Shown: one piece after another, positions 1 through 13,105 of the stretch
Numbering within the stretch: the first letter of the stretch is position 1
How the letters are laid out: the number at the start of each line of letters is the position of its first letter
NCBI RefSeq assembly: GCF_039555335.1
Contig: NC_092630.1
Coordinates: forward strand, 31,084,769-31,148,768
Source: Amphiura filiformis
Taxonomy: Eukaryota
Reading direction: 5' to 3'
DNA: 64,000 nt
Translations under genes and position numbers: made by a program
Notes under the pieces: model-generated
Told to the model about the DNA's origin: nothing
Database searches by the model: none
Seen by the model: only the letters and a program-made list of their open reading frames with translations

Positions 1-99
1 TTCTTCTTCCTAATTGAATACATTGCTTATGATTATTGCTGTGTTCTTTGTTTTTGTTCGCTCGGTTGGCTGTTATGTTGTTTTTGTTGTAGTCATAAC

Positions 100-364
100 T
101 TAAATATTACCAAAACATATATATTTGTATTGAAGATACTCATCTATTCCGTACTTTCCTCCTTCCCTTCCCATCCCGGTTTCCTTGACTCCTCCAAATG
201 GGGTTGTTTCAGCAGAGATGATGCTCTCGTTGACACCGACCAATCCGACCTCTAATTTTTCCGCAACACGCCAGATCTGGGAGATGTTATTGGAGCAGAA
301 GTAGCCTGCTAGGCCTACATTGCAGGCATTGGCTATGGCAACGGCTTCCTCTTCAGTTTTAAAC
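100..364 (-). CDS. ALDH5A1: Succinate-semialdehyde dehydrogenase (ALDH5A1-like), exon 9 (last), ends ...[16 protein letters not shown] + TAA
   Basis: ORF 100..402(-) translates [22 protein letters not shown]...[22 protein letters not shown], collinear with the SSADH C-terminus. Acceptor ttatgtttttag|GTTTAAAACTG at 364/365. Phase matches exon 8 (ATA AG|G TTT). Confidence 0.85.
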
Positions 365-484
365 CTAAAAACATAAAGAATAGATAAAAAAAGAAATGTC
401 AAAACTAATGTAGGCCTACAAAGTGTTACTTCAAGCCTCTGCTACGACGTATGTATGTGATGTCAAGCCTCTGCTATATTGTCA

Positions 485-735
485 GCCTGCTACGCTTTTT
501 GCCTAAGTCATTTTTGTAATTTTGAGAACAAAGTACCAAATATAGTTCAAGTATGCATTGAACATATTTATTCACCAATCTGTGCACAAAAACAAATGAT
601 AATGATACAAATGAAATGGAATAATCTGAAATAATTAGGGTGATTACGTAACTGATGCATACTTGAACCACATTTTGTTCTTTGTTCTCAAAATTACAAA
701 AAAAGACTTAGGCAATTAGCGTAGCAGGCTGACGA
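485..735. mobile_element. MITE with about 75-bp TIRs (cagcctgctacgc...gttcaagtatgcat / atgcatacttgaac...gcgtagcaggctg) in the last intron of the ALDH5A1-like gene
   Basis: Inverted repeat visible directly in the sequence. Confidence 0.7.
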
Positions 736-1902
736 TATACTAAAATAGGTGCAGAATGGGCATAACATTTTTGTCTCTTGTGGAATGATTGACTTTCATG
801 CAAGACTTTCCATGTAGGGGTGCTATCTATAGACAAATCCAAATCCACGCCTTCCTACACCTGACTAGCAGCCTTTAGTTGGGTACCAGTTGGCTACAAT
901 GCACCCAAAATGTGAAATGATTCGGCCTTGGTGGAAATTTTAAACTGCATTCCATCACCCGTTTTACACCTTCCGCGAAAACACAGGTAGACAAAAGAAT
1001 GATTAAAGTTTACAACACAATAGGCCAGGGTCGGATCCAGGAATTTTTGATAAAGGGGGTGCCTTTTGGTCGACGACGAAAAAAATGTGTCAAAGGGGGT
1101 TACCCCCACGAAAACTCAACGGTTTTGGCCCATTGTTTGCTGTTCATGGCGAATTTGTTCCATTTTTTAATTTCTTACACTTTTGTATTTTTAAGTTACC
1201 GCACACTTTGCTAGTAAAAAAAATAGGGGGCACGCTGCCGCTGCGACCCCCTAAATCCGCCCCTGTAGGCCCTACAGTTCCCTTCGGCAAAACACACAGC
1301 TTCTACATGGTCTATTCGCTGATGAAGTGACATAATAATCGGATTAACTACGCACGGTATCAATGCATACATAATAATCGGATTAACTACGCACGGTATC
1401 AATGCATACACCATATCAAACGCTACAAATAGTACTTGCGAACAAAAGGACTATGTATGAATAGATGCGACTGGATTACCTGCGGAATTATTTCTATTGT
1501 ATTATTCTATTAACCCTCCTCGTCCTTGCATCTTCTCTAGGTGTTAGGCGGCTTTTATTTACACAATTGGGCGCTCAAAACACCAGGTTGGTGCTAGCAT
1601 AGCGGGTAACCAAAGATGGCCGACCAAATCCTGACCATGACTTGGCTCGTTGGATTCGTCTATACAATATCAATCTATAATTTGCATGAATAAATTTGTT
1701 ACTTGGCACAAGTGTCAAATTGTAAATTTGAGCCTTGCACAGGAGGAGCAAAATATTTCACAATATCAAGGCAACTTACGACTCGTCGTAAGTTGCGAAC
1801 GATTTCTAAACTTACAAAGCTTCGAAAAGTTTAATGAAGTGGACCCCTAGTTACATTTTAGGAGTGAAATATTTGTTATTTCCCATGTTTATAATATATT
1901 AC

Positions 1903-2072
1903 CTTATCAGTGGTGCCATTGGTCCAAATGTTTCTTCCCTACATGCTAACGCTTCTTTTGGAACATCGGCCAAGACAGTTGGTTCAAAAAATGAATGACC
2001 TAGTTCATGTCTCTTTCCTCCAATAAGCACTTTAGCTCCCAGAGCCACAGCATCTTTTACCTGGTTTTCAAC
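1903..2072 (-). CDS. ALDH5A1: ALDH5A1-like exon 8 (VENQVKDAVALGAKVLIGGKRHELGHSFFEPTVLADVPKEALACREETFGPMAPLI-)
   Basis: ORF 1899..2165(-). Acceptor attttcag|GTTGAAAAC, donor CTGATAAG|gtaatat. Matches human EKQVNDAV...HEETFGPLAPVIK. Confidence 0.85.
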
Positions 2073-2223
2073 CTGAAAATTATGACGGAAAAAAGTATAC
2101 GTATAAAGTTGGATGTTGATTGTGTTCACTTGCATGTTTTGGTGAGCCTTATGCACAATGTGCACTGCACATGGTTTTCTGATAATCAGCTAATAAATAT
2201 ATAAATAAGTATCATAGGAAATT

Positions 2224-2479
2224 GTGACACGATCTGGTCCATGGGTGCCAAAGGCGGCAAATTTGAAACTGAAATAACGGTAAAAATATGGAGTAAAAAA
2301 CAATAAAATACATAAGGAAATAGGCATCAAAAAACTTCATAACTTTAGAACCCAGTATGCTAGCTAGGCCTTTGGTGTTTTCAGTAAATGATAACCAATT
2401 GTATTTATAATGTAATAATTACAGTAACACAATTTTCAAAAATGCCTCCTTTGGCCCCCATGGACCAGATTGTGTCACA
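2224..2479. mobile_element. MITE family 1 (TIR gtgacacgatctggtccatggg...cccatggaccagattgtgtcac), 4-bp TSD AATT
   Basis: About 45-bp terminal inverted repeats. Copies also at 12865-13105, 21177-21430 and 45835-46671. Confidence 0.8.
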
Positions 2480-3560
2480 ATTAAACATAAATCTGTCAAA
2501 AACAAAGCCATATTAATTGTGTGTAATATATTCAATACAACCAAATGAAATGGATGTCAGCAAACTTTTATTGGTGTTGATGTAAAAATTTGCATAGGTA
2601 GGTGTAACAGACTGACATTTGATTTTTGTTGTTGCAAAAAAAATCATATGCTGTACATTTGTCTTGATGACCATCACAATAAAGCATTTTTTCAAAGAAT
2701 TTTAAGACAAGTAGCTCAAAATAGCAAAGTTTGCACCTTTGAGGTGTAAGTAGCTTTAAATTTGCTTTAAAAAAGAAAGAATTACACCTCTATTTGTGTG
2801 CCAAACTTGGTGTAATAATAGTGTATTAATTGGTAGCTATGGTGTTTTGACTTCAGTTACCTGCTTGTTTCTCCTTTTTCCATTAAGCGGAGGCACCGTC
2901 TTTAGCATTAGCTTTGGATATTTAATTACCGGGTGGAAAATAAAGAAAATAATTAAATATCCAAAGCTAACGCTAATTACGGCGCCTCCGCCTAATGTCA
3001 GTGTCAAGATATTATGCCCTTTGACCTGTCACACTTTGTATCTGTAAACCCTATAGGGCAGCAGAACATAAGCTGTAACACACTCAACTGTAAAGTTGGG
3101 TAAATATAGGATTTTTTGGTAAATAATGCAAGATAGAAGTCCAAAGTATTCTGAAAAGTTTTTTACAAGTTTTTACACTTGTAGTTTTTAAACAATAGAC
3201 TGATTAACATAAAATGTGCATATTTTGTGCTAATTTTAAGACAAAATATAATAGTTTGTAACTGAAAATTAGAAGCAAATTTTACCTTTCTGATATTTAC
3301 GAAATTTGAATGAAAAAAATATTTTTGGGAAAATCATGAACCGAGTTAATAATGTCGCTTGTATACTGCTTGTAGCTTGTATATTTAATGATAACAATAT
3401 GAACAATGTTATCATTGTCAACAATATATGAAAACATGAACTTTACCGTTTACATTCATAATGATTATCATAAATTCAGACAATAAGAATAACCACTGAT
3501 CATGCTGATTATTATATAAAGTATCATCATTTTGCACACAAGCCATATTGCGCTATAATA

Positions 3561-4234
3561 CAGGGTGTATCAAAATGATTGGTAGATGGTGTGGCAGAAT
3601 GGTTATAGACTGTAGACAGTGTCTGTTAAGTTAGACTTGGGAAGAGTTATTGCAATGGCTCCATAGTATTCCACACTTCAGCGTAGTTTCATAGTGAAGA
3701 ATTACTGGTTGACACGAAGCTATGGAGAAGTGCAGAGAAGATTTAGAAGACAGTTTTCAAGAAAAGCAAGGAGTATCCCATGCAAACATGCTATAACTTA
3801 CAATGTTTCAAAATTTGATATGGGCAGTTACGGAATCCATCCCAGATGTTAAGATGGGGCTTTACTTCACACTGCCATAGTCGTTAGGCAGAGACACTTC
3901 AGGAACTATCTTTCTAAAAGTACATGTAAAGCAATTTTAAGTTTTGTAGACTGAAATGAGATATTGATTGAGAGCATGTATGCAATAAATATTCAATCAG
4001 TGAGCCTATTAATGTTGTGTTGTGTAAGTAAAATTATGATTACGACGATCTTCGTTTAAATGACAATAGCTTCCAGATGCATCAACCTATTATCATCAGG
4101 TTATTAGATCAATAGGTAAACATATGCCCCTTTCTAATTATAGTACAAAAACTATATTAATTAGCAATTTTGTATTTTTGATATATTTTTGAAAATGTCA
4201 CATATCCCGCTACCAATCATTTTGATACACCCTG
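3561..4234. mobile_element. Tc1/mariner-like non-autonomous element. 25-bp TIR cagggtgtatcaaaatgattggtag, TA target duplication.
   Basis: Perfect TIRs at 3561-3585 and 4210-4234, flanked by ta/ta. No transposase ORF. Confidence 0.65.
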
Positions 4235-5350
4235 TAGTTTAAGGTTGGTCATAACCCTGGAATTATGGAAACTTTGCCTCGTGACTGCTCAATTGTGTAT
4301 AATATTTAGAACGGCAAAGACTTGCCGAATCCATCTTGGAATCCATTTTGGATCCAATATTTTCACACACTTGGATTCATCAAAGCATAATAATGTACAT
4401 TATTATTTTATTTATATCAGGCTTTTGAGCGATACAATAAAACTGTATATTGTACAATATTTGCAAAATACCCGGATGCAATACAATATTTGTTTAATAT
4501 TGTACGCGTTACCATGGTGACAACACCAACACGCGTCATGATACAACAGCACAACAATACATACACCGTAACGGCTCACAGGAGATTTCGTACTAAAACA
4601 AGTACAAACTTAATTCGTGGCTATTCTCGATGATGATAACCTTAGGAAATATAATCACCATCTAGGCCTACAAATAAACATATATATACAATTATTCTGA
4701 ATTTATCTTTAGAGAGTAAAGAGCAGAAAACAAGAAGGTCAAAAGGTAAGCTTACATTACAATACAAATTGGTTAAACCCGGTGGCTAGGTAAGCTTAAA
4801 TTTTCATTTTACCGCCTAGCAAAAGCCTGATATAAATAATAATAATAATATTGAATGGCTTATTTTCGTGTGATACAAGAATATATTGCACTCGATAGAA
4901 AAATATTGCACTCGTCTTCGACTCGTGCAATATTTTTATATCTCGTGCAATATATTCTCGTATCACACTCAAAGCCATTCAATATTATATAAATATTTAG
5001 TAAATGGCAAAGACTTTTCAAATCCATCTTGGGGTCAAATTTGGGCAAAAACGCTTAGTTTGGATAACATTAATTTTTTTTTTTAAATGTGTTTTGTGGC
5101 CCAATTGAAGCCATTCGTAGACCAGTATTCCCTATTTTATACTGTATAGGCCGAAATTATTTAAGTTATTGCTTAAAATATCAAGTGTACTGGTGTCCTT
5201 TTCTCCCTTTTTCTTCTCTCCTTTTCCTTTTTTTTTTTTTTTGGGGGAGGCAAAATGTGGGGAGACATTTGATATTGTGTGCCCCCACTTTGAAAAGTGG
5301 CCTTACTAACAAATGTCTTATGAAAGCCGAATTATTGAAATTTGTCTAGA

Positions 5351-6351
5351 ACATTGAATTCTTTCATTTCGGATGTAATTTTATCCAGTTTTTTTTTAAA
5401 CTTCAAAGAAATTCACTTTGTTTGGCAATTATGATTTTGAATTTCCAAATCATACACATACGCACAAACATCTCCAGTACATTTTACTAGTAATGTTTAA
5501 ACGCCCTAAAACGCGCATTGCGCATTATACGCATACTATTCAAAATGCGATACGTGTGCGAACACAGTACGCGTATATGACAAACAAGTGTGCCTACGCA
5601 CAAACATGCGTAGTACATAATTAGCCTCTCGTTATAAAAGGTCAGCAGACCTTCCTCGTCCTTCAACATGTTTGAGGGGAGTATGCCGATTTAATTATGA
5701 AGCGAGAAAAACGTGCGTCTGGTTGTACATAACACGCGGGCAAGACAGGCAAAACAATAATGTAACATTAATGTTTCACATTCCTTCCCCCTCCATATCA
5801 ATGTTTAAGCAAACACTTGACTAAACGTCATTTAATTTGAAGGTTACTACTTGTTTATAAAGAATGCAAATGAAGTGCTCAAACCTAAACATTTTCCTAA
5901 CACCACATCCCTCCCCCTCCCCCTTCCCCACCAATCAATGTTGGGTTCTATTAGGCTCCTGTGACCAAACAAATTAGGATTCAAAATTGCAGAGTCCGAA
6001 CACGGAGGCTATTCATAAGACCCAAATCAACATTGTTACAGGGGAGGAGGGGGTCGAATATGGTGCGTGGTCCTCAAGTGTCAACCATCATCACCATAAT
6101 CATCATCATCACTACCATTGTCAAAGGAATACATTTCTTAAATCACGTTTTTCTAGTTTGCCACCAAAAAATATCAACTACCAGATAAGGCTCAAATAAA
6201 AATAAAGTGAACTATTTACAGTCTATTTAAAAACAAATTTGTTTTACATAATGATTTGGAAATTCAAAATCATATTTCCAACACAAAGTGAATTTCTTTG
6301 AAGTTTAAAAAAAAGTGGATTTAATTACATCCGAAATGAAAGAATTCGGTG
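5351..6351. mobile_element. Non-autonomous DNA transposon (element A) with about 100-bp TIRs (cattgaattctttcatttcggatgtaatt...)
   Basis: Left end 5351-5450 is the reverse complement of 6245-6351. Contains a (CAT/CAC)n tract. A second copy lies at 7701-9615. Confidence 0.7.
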
Positions 6352-6357
6352 TTATAA

Positions 6358-6649
6358 GGTGTATGGTTCAAGGATTGGATAGCAGTTATCCATGCTTGAC
6401 CAATGCATGCATGGATAGCCCTTGTGAAATGGACATTGGATAGCTCTTATCCATCCTAGTGCTGACCAGCATGGATAATCGCTATCCAAGCCTACACCTT
6501 ACTGGTGTATGGCTCAAGGATTGGATAGCAGTTATCCATGTTTGACCAATGCATGCATGGATAGCCCTAGTGAAATGGACATTGGATAGCTCTTATCCAT
6601 CCTAGTGCTGACCAGCATGGATAATCGCTATCCAAGCCTTGAGCCATAC

Positions 6650-6650
<1 letters not shown>
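6358..6650. repeat. Tandem pair of about 147-bp hairpin MITE units (TIR ggtgtatggctcaaggattggatagc / gctatccaagccttgagccatacacc)
   Basis: Identical dimer at 7401-7694. Each unit is internally palindromic. Confidence 0.75.
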
Positions 6651-6728
<78 letters not shown>

Positions 6729-6757
6729 AAAAGAAAGAAAGAAAGAAAGAAAGAAAT
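6651..6757. repeat. (GAAA)n microsatellite
   Basis: gaaagaaagaaa... for about 105 bp. Confidence 0.95.
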
Positions 6758-7204
6758 TGAGGTAAAAAAGCTTTTAAACATATCGTACAGAAGAGGATAG
6801 GAAAAGTAATAATATTAAAAATAGCACTACAGAAGATTCGAACTCATGGCTATCATTATAACCTATAGTTCACAAGTCACCGCCTCTACCGCTGCAACGC
6901 GAGGAACTCTCTGAACAGTTAATCGATTTATAATGTATATTAAGTTATTCAATGTACGTATGGTCCGTGGCGTGATAGAAAACTTAACTGAAACGTATCA
7001 AATAGACATAATTTCATCGGTTTACTCGAATATATTTGTTGGCAATGTATTTAGGGTTGTAAAAATAAATTTGGAATTTTGATTCATTAACTTCCCCACG
7101 GTCGACAAAATTTAAAGAAAGAAAATTACATTGATTTCTTTTTAAACTGTTTGTGTCGACCGTTAGCGTTATACTTATTATAAATAAATTTGCACGACTA
7201 ACAA

Positions 7205-7290
7205 CGGCCCTCCTACAGTGTAGTGGTTTAGTTAATGCTTTGTGATCACGAGATCTAGAGTTCGAGTCCCATTGTCGCCATTTTTTTTAC
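7205..7290 (+). ncRNA. tRNA-derived / SINE-like Pol III unit (box A TAGTGGTTTAG, box B GGTTCGAGTCC, T8 terminator). Does not fold as a canonical tRNA.
   Basis: agtgtagtggtttagtt...gagttcgagtcccattgtcgccatttttttt. Confidence 0.25.
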
Positions 7291-7400
7291 TTAAAGAATC
7301 TGCACCTTATCCCTTTTTTTAAATCTCAGATGACACCTACGTCGGTTCAAATTAAAAAAAAAATATGATCAATAAAGAAATGAGTATAGATTTTAATTAG

Positions 7401-7694
7401 GGTGTATGGTTCAAGGATTGGATAGCAGTTATCCATGCTTGACCAATGCATGCATGGATAGCCCTTGTGAAATGGACATTGGATAGCTCTTATCCATCCT
7501 AGTGCTGACCAGCATGGATAATCGCTATCCAAGCCTACACCTTACTGGTGTATGGCTCAAGGATTGGATAGCAGTTATCCATGTTTGACCAATGCATGCA
7601 TGTATAGCCCTAGTGAAATGGACATTGGATAGCTCTTATCCATCCTAGTGCTGACCAGCATGGATAATCGCTATCCAAGCCTTGAGCCATACAC
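7401..7694. repeat. Second copy of the 147-bp hairpin MITE dimer
   Basis: Near-identical to 6358-6650. Confidence 0.75.
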
Positions 7695-7700
7695 CTTACA

Positions 7701-9615
7701 ACATTGAATTCTTTCATTTAGGATGTAATTTTATCCAGTTTTTTTTTATACTTCAAAGAAATGCACTTTGTTTGGCAATTATGATTTTGAATTTCCAAAT
7801 CGTACACATACGCACAAACATCTCCAGTACATTTTACTACTAATGTTTAAACGCCCAAACCGCATTGCGCATTATACGCATACTATTCAAAATGCGATAC
7901 GTGTGCGAACAGAGTACGCGTATATGACAAACAAGTGTGCCTACGCACAAACATGCGTAGTACATAATTAGCCTCTCGTTATAAAAGGTCAGCAGACCTT
8001 GCTCGTCCTTCAACATGTTTGAGGGGAGTATGCCGATTTAATTTGGTTACGAAGGTATCCTTTCAAAGCAAACACTATGGACCACAAGAGCCTCGTCCAA
8101 TGGCACAGTCCAATAACCTCAATTACATAATCATAGTGCAAAATTTGACCTCAAGTTGCAGAGTATGAGTTTTGTACCCAAATCTTCAAAGGTCATTCAA
8201 TGAATGTACACATGTATGGGGTATAAGAACTTCCCCTGATAGATGAGAATGTTGTGGATCTTAATGAAATGAACTGGGAATTGTTTCATCGTAAAAGTTC
8301 TAATGTCCTCGAGAGAGACAGTTATATATGCTTCGCTATGCATCTGTGTGTTAAAACAGGCTACCATTGCAAAATATTATGAAGCGAGAAAAACGTGCGT
8401 CTGGTTGTACATAACACGCGGGCAAGACAGGCAAAACAATAATGTAACATTAATGTTTCACATTTCTTCCCCTCCATATCAATGTTTAAGCAAACACTTG
8501 ACTAAACGTCATTTAATTTGAAGGTTACTACTTGTTTATAAAGAATGCAAATGAAGTGCTCAAACCTAAACATTTTCCTAACACCCCATCCCTCCCCCTC
8601 CCCCTTCCCCACCAATCAATGTTGGGTTCTATTAGGCTCCCGTGACCAAACAAATTAGGATTCAACATTGCAGAGTCCGAACACGGAGGCTATTCATAAG
8701 ACCCAAATCAACATTGTTACGGGGGAGGAGGGGGTCGAATATGGTGCGTGGTCCTCAAGTGTCCCAAGGCTAGTTTCCGTACTTTGCGTTTTGTTTACAA
8801 TTACCTTTCCGATGGTAATGACATTTTAAAAATAAATAAAAAAATTGACAGTGATTCGTCGTCATCATTAACATTATCACCATCATCATCATCATCATTA
8901 TCATCACCATCATCACCATAATCATCATCATCACTACCATTGTCAAAGGAGTACATTTCTTAAATCACGTTTTTAAACTTCAAGCTTAGTTTGCCACCAA
9001 AAAATATCAACTACCAGATAAGGCTGAAATAAAAATAAAGTGAATTCTTAAACACTTGAGAACGTTCCTGCAATCTTATTGGTTCTTACCCAGCTTTACC
9101 GTGTGATATGACACGATATCACACGGTCAGCGTGCAGGCGTCGACGCCGACACGCTGTACTCGCTATTTGGACCAATCGGAGGCGCACAGCAACAACGAG
9201 ACTGATCGATTTTAAGCGCTTGGTAATTCCTTGCAAAATGTAGGATTTAATTTAATTAAAACTTGTATAATATTTTTATTTGAATTGAAGTGTTTAAGAA
9301 TGAGAATAAAGGTATTGTTTTAGCCGCTGTCGTGCATCTATCGTCTCATATAACACGCGCTATCATTATTTTTGGCGTAAAACAATTCGGCTTCGCCCCG
9401 TTGTTTTACTTAAAATAATGATGTCGCCGTGTTATATGAGACGATAGATGCACTAACAGCGCTAAAAACAATACCTTTATTCTCTAACTATTTACAGTCC
9501 ATTTAAAAACAAATTTGTTTTAGATAATGATTTGGAAATTCAAAATCATATTTCCAACACAAAGTGAATTTCTTTGAAGTTTAAAAAAAGTGGATTTAAT
9601 TACATCCGAAATGAA
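7701..9615. mobile_element. Element A, second copy, carrying two internal insertions (about 8040-8380, and 9045-9480 with its own palindrome)
   Basis: 7701-8040 matches 5351-5690. 8380-9045 matches 5690-6200. 9480-9615 matches 6200-6351. Confidence 0.7.
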
Positions 9616-10424
9616 AGAATTCGGTGTTTTAGACTATATAAATTATCATCAGTTTAACTTTAATTAAGTTTGATCATTATCTAGTAGGCTATACATTTTG
9701 ATATCATTGACCTGTTCATTCAACCCAATTAGTGTTATAATTTTTGTAAGACTAGATGTATCGTAAGGGTATATTATTGAATAAATCTATATCATGTACA
9801 TAAAAATATGCAAATTTTATGTTAATGAAGCCATATTTTTTGAAACCATATGTGTAAAAACTTGTAAAAAACTTTTGGGTATACCTCAGATCAAAAAATC
9901 CTATATCTACTTCAAATGTTGGTTTTTTGTTAAGGAAGCGCCTTTTTGCGCCAGTTCTGCCGCCTTACTACAAATAGTGATTGAATATGAATATTACTGT
10001 GATACCAATACCCAAATGTATTGTGCACCATCAGCCTCATTTCATACCCATGCTGGGTCACAATTACAGACCTGCCAACCTACCGAAGTCAGAATGAGGG
10101 ACATTGAGACCAAAACCTTGTACATGTACACAAACCATGTATCGACAAATTCAAAGACAAGGTGTGCAATACTTTCAGAATTCAGAGAAGGTTTTGCAGG
10201 TCCGAATTTATCACAATAGACTAAAGAGAATAATATACCAATTTTTAAAGAGACATTTTCGTCATTTTCTGCTGTTCTTACATTTAAATTTGCCATCACT
10301 GAAATTTTCAGAAAACAGGTCTGTCCCTCATTTTCACTTTGGTAAACCCCAAATGTGGGACAGTCCCTCAAAATGAGGGACAGTTGGCAGGTCTGCAATT
10401 AGTATTGACAACAAAATGTCTTAC

Positions 10425-10580
10425 CTTTTGAACAGCCTTGTCATTTATGAGTGGTCCCTGTGTTACGCCAGCCTCCATACCATTACCAACAACAAACTTC
10501 TCTACGGCTACAGCCATCTTCTTGCTGAACTCATCATAGATGCCATCTTGGACCAAGATTCTGTTGGCACACACGCAAGT
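10425..10580 (-). CDS. ALDH5A1: ALDH5A1-like exon 7 ([52 protein letters not shown])
   Basis: ORF 10368..10574(-). Contains the catalytic-Cys motif GQ|TCVCAN. Acceptor ccattag|ACTTGC, donor CAAAAG|gtaaga. Confidence 0.85.
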
Positions 10581-10664
10581 CTAATGGAAGATACAAGTTT
10601 ATAATCATTGCTACATATTGGTTTGTTCACAATTAAATCTATACTTTGTTTCATCTCAAGCTTG

Positions 10665-11045
10665 GTAAAAAAAAAAAAAAACACAAGTTTGTTTCCTGTA
10701 GCGTGCTCATTTCGTTTTGACAGCTTTTTTTAAGCATTTAGATTTTTTTTTTTTTCACTTTTGAAAAAAGAAAGAAAAAAAATGTAAAAAATCCCAAAAA
10801 ATAATATAAAACACTACTGGAGTAAACATTTACACATCACACAACAAACGAGCTTAGTGAAAAACTACTGGAGAAAACATCACACATTTTTTTAATACTT
10901 TTTTAATCTGCAGGTTGAAAGGGGATCATAAATATTCTTGAATATGAAGAAATATGATTTTTGTGTGTGTCGGAGAGACCCACTGTAAATTTCCATTCCA
11001 ATTTGCAGCAAAAAAGTTTTTTTATTTTTTATTTGAAGACATGGA

Positions 11046-11092
<47 letters not shown>

Positions 11093-11150
11093 ACATTTCG
11101 CATTTGACTTTTTTGACCTGCTACAGGAAACAAACATGTTTTTTTTTTTT
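10665..11150. mobile_element. A/T-homopolymer-rich MITE (TIR aaaacacaagtttgtttcctgtagc / gctacaggaaacaaacatgtttttt)
   Basis: Inverted termini at 10668-10700 and 11120-11150. Contains A39 and T runs. Confidence 0.55.
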
Positions 11151-11315
11151 GGCCTAATGATAGTATTTTTATGTGATTGCACTGCAAGAATACTGACAAA
11201 TATGCCTGTTAGATTAGTTTAGCACACATATCTTGTACGGGTAACACAGACAGTAAGCAGTTACTTCCTTGTTCAGGGGAATTTCAAGTTAGTTTAACTT
11301 CTTCACAAGAACATA

Positions 11316-11715
11316 ACTTTGCCCCCAGACATGTTAAAATCACAAACAAAGCATCTAAATATATGTTTTGAGGTACGAGGAATGTAATGTAACAAACATT
11401 ACATCACGGGGATACCGATGTGAACATAGGCTTAAGCCATCTTGGCATGAGCTCAGCTCTTTTGGAGTACATTTTGAATATATCCATTGTAGCTCAAAAC
11501 CTATGTGAGATATTTTGTATATATGTATTAAACATGTCTGGTTGAAAACTAATTTTACTTACTAAAATGGCAGCCATTTTGGCCGCCATATTGGAATTTG
11601 GCTACTTAGGATCATTGAAACCTCTTGCAAATGTTTTTAAAACATTCCTTGTACCTCAAAACATATATTTAGATGCTTTGTTTGTGATTTTAACATATCT
11701 GGGGGCAAAGTTATA
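11316..11715. mobile_element. Foldback element with about 70-bp arms (ctttgcccccagacatgttaaaatcacaaacaaagcatctaaatatatgttttgaggtac...)
   Basis: 11316-11385 is the reverse complement of 11636-11710. Contains a duplicated aatggcggccattttggacgccat motif. Confidence 0.65.
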
Positions 11716-12082
11716 ATAAAAATTGAAAATGGCGGCCATTTTGGACGCCATCTTGATTTTGAAGGAAGCACAAGGGGATTCTCGGGGACTTTTGGAATTT
11801 GATTCTATACATATTCCTGGACCTATCCTGAAAAAATCAGCTTGTTATGAGAAATGTTAACCTTTTTATGACATATGAGCTAATACTATTGGACTATTTG
11901 AAATATCACAGTTGGATTGCATACAGGTGTTGAAAACTGTGTTTATTCAATTGAAATTTCTAGTATAGTTGTCCTAACTAATTTACACATAAGACAACAA
12001 ATTGGCAATGTCCAAAAGACATGGCAATTGACTCAGATTTGCAGTCAGAGTATATCCTCCCATATTTCCATTGACTACCTAC

Positions 12083-12226
12083 CTGTCCCATATTTCTGAA
12101 TTTTGCTAGCACTGCCCCTGCTACTGCTGTGTCCACATCGGCTGAATCAAACACAAGGAAGGGGGCATTACCACCAAGCTCCATAGACACACGCTTCACT
12201 GTACTTGCTGCTTGCTTGAGTAAAAT
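12083..12226 (-). CDS. ALDH5A1: ALDH5A1-like exon 6 ([48 protein letters not shown])
   Basis: ORF 11978..12397(-). ELGGN general-base motif. Acceptor ttgccag|ATTTTA, donor GGACAG|gtaggt. Confidence 0.85.
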
Positions 12227-12361
12227 CTGGCAATAATATGGTGACGTAAGAACAAAACTTAGAAAGTAGAATGACAATTTTCTAAAGGATGTAAATATTA
12301 ATAAGAGCAACCAATAGTTTCTTTTTCTTTCTTTCATATTATCAGTATTGGTCCAGTATAG

Positions 12362-12640
12362 TCCCACCCGCTTTTTTAGGTGAAAATTTTTCACCAAAAA
12401 AAAATTTCAAGATGTTTTGTATTTTTAATATGAAAATTGATAATTTGTATTCATGTCATACTCTATTAATGATTTCAAAATCCATTGAATTTGAATGCAT
12501 TTTGAAAACATTAATAGAATATGACATGAATACAAATTATCAATTTTCATATTAAAAATACAAAACATCTTGAATTTATTTTTTTACAATTTCTGGAATT
12601 TTTCGAAAAATGGGGGGTGGGACTATACTCGGACGAATAC
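12362..12640. mobile_element. Foldback element related to the family 4 core, with its own TIR gagtatagtcccaccc
   Basis: 12362-12385 is the reverse complement of 12612-12640. The core matches the 23560-23700 palindrome. Confidence 0.6.
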
Positions 12641-12864
12641 GGTATTTGTTTGCTTGATAGTTGTTAGTATACACATAGTCACTACTTTTGGAAATTTGGT
12701 GCAAGCTCACATATGTGTGAGGAATCTTAATAGAGGCTCAGTGTAGAATTGAGGTTTAGACTCATCCTCCTTCAATGTAGGTCTAGTTCTGTGAAATGTA
12801 TACTTGTCATCCTAAGTTCTTTGACTCAATATAAAATAGTTCTTATGTATAGCTGGTTGTATAT

Positions 12865-13105
12865 GTGACACGATCTGGTCCATGGGGGCCAAAGGCAGCA
12901 AATTTGAAACTGAGATAAAGGTAAAAATATGGAGTAAAAAAACAAGAAAATACATAAGAAAATAGACATCAGAAAAATTCATAACTTTAGAACCAATTAT
13001 GCTAGACCTTTGGTGTTTTCAGGAAATGATAGCCTATTGTAATAATTACAGTAACTCAATTTTCAAAAATGCCTCCTTTGGCCCCCATGGACCAGATTGT
13101 GTCAC
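12865..13105. mobile_element. MITE family 1 copy, TSD ATAT
   Basis: Same TIRs as 2224-2479, flanked by atat/atat. Confidence 0.8.

Noticed and set aside
5961-6199. His-rich ORFs (HHHHNHHHH) at 5987..6199, and similarly in 8880-8940
   Set aside because: They are translations of a (CAT/CAC)n microsatellite inside a transposon, with no coding context.
7205-7290. Functional tRNA gene
   Set aside because: The acceptor and T stems do not pair. It is kept only as a tRNA-derived / SINE-like sequence with low confidence.
9794-10398. Intronic ORFs of 118-141 aa (9794..10219 +, 10042..10398 -, 10104..10376 +)
   Set aside because: No recognisable domain or splice context. They lie within the ALDH5A1-like intron 7 and are AT-rich chance ORFs.
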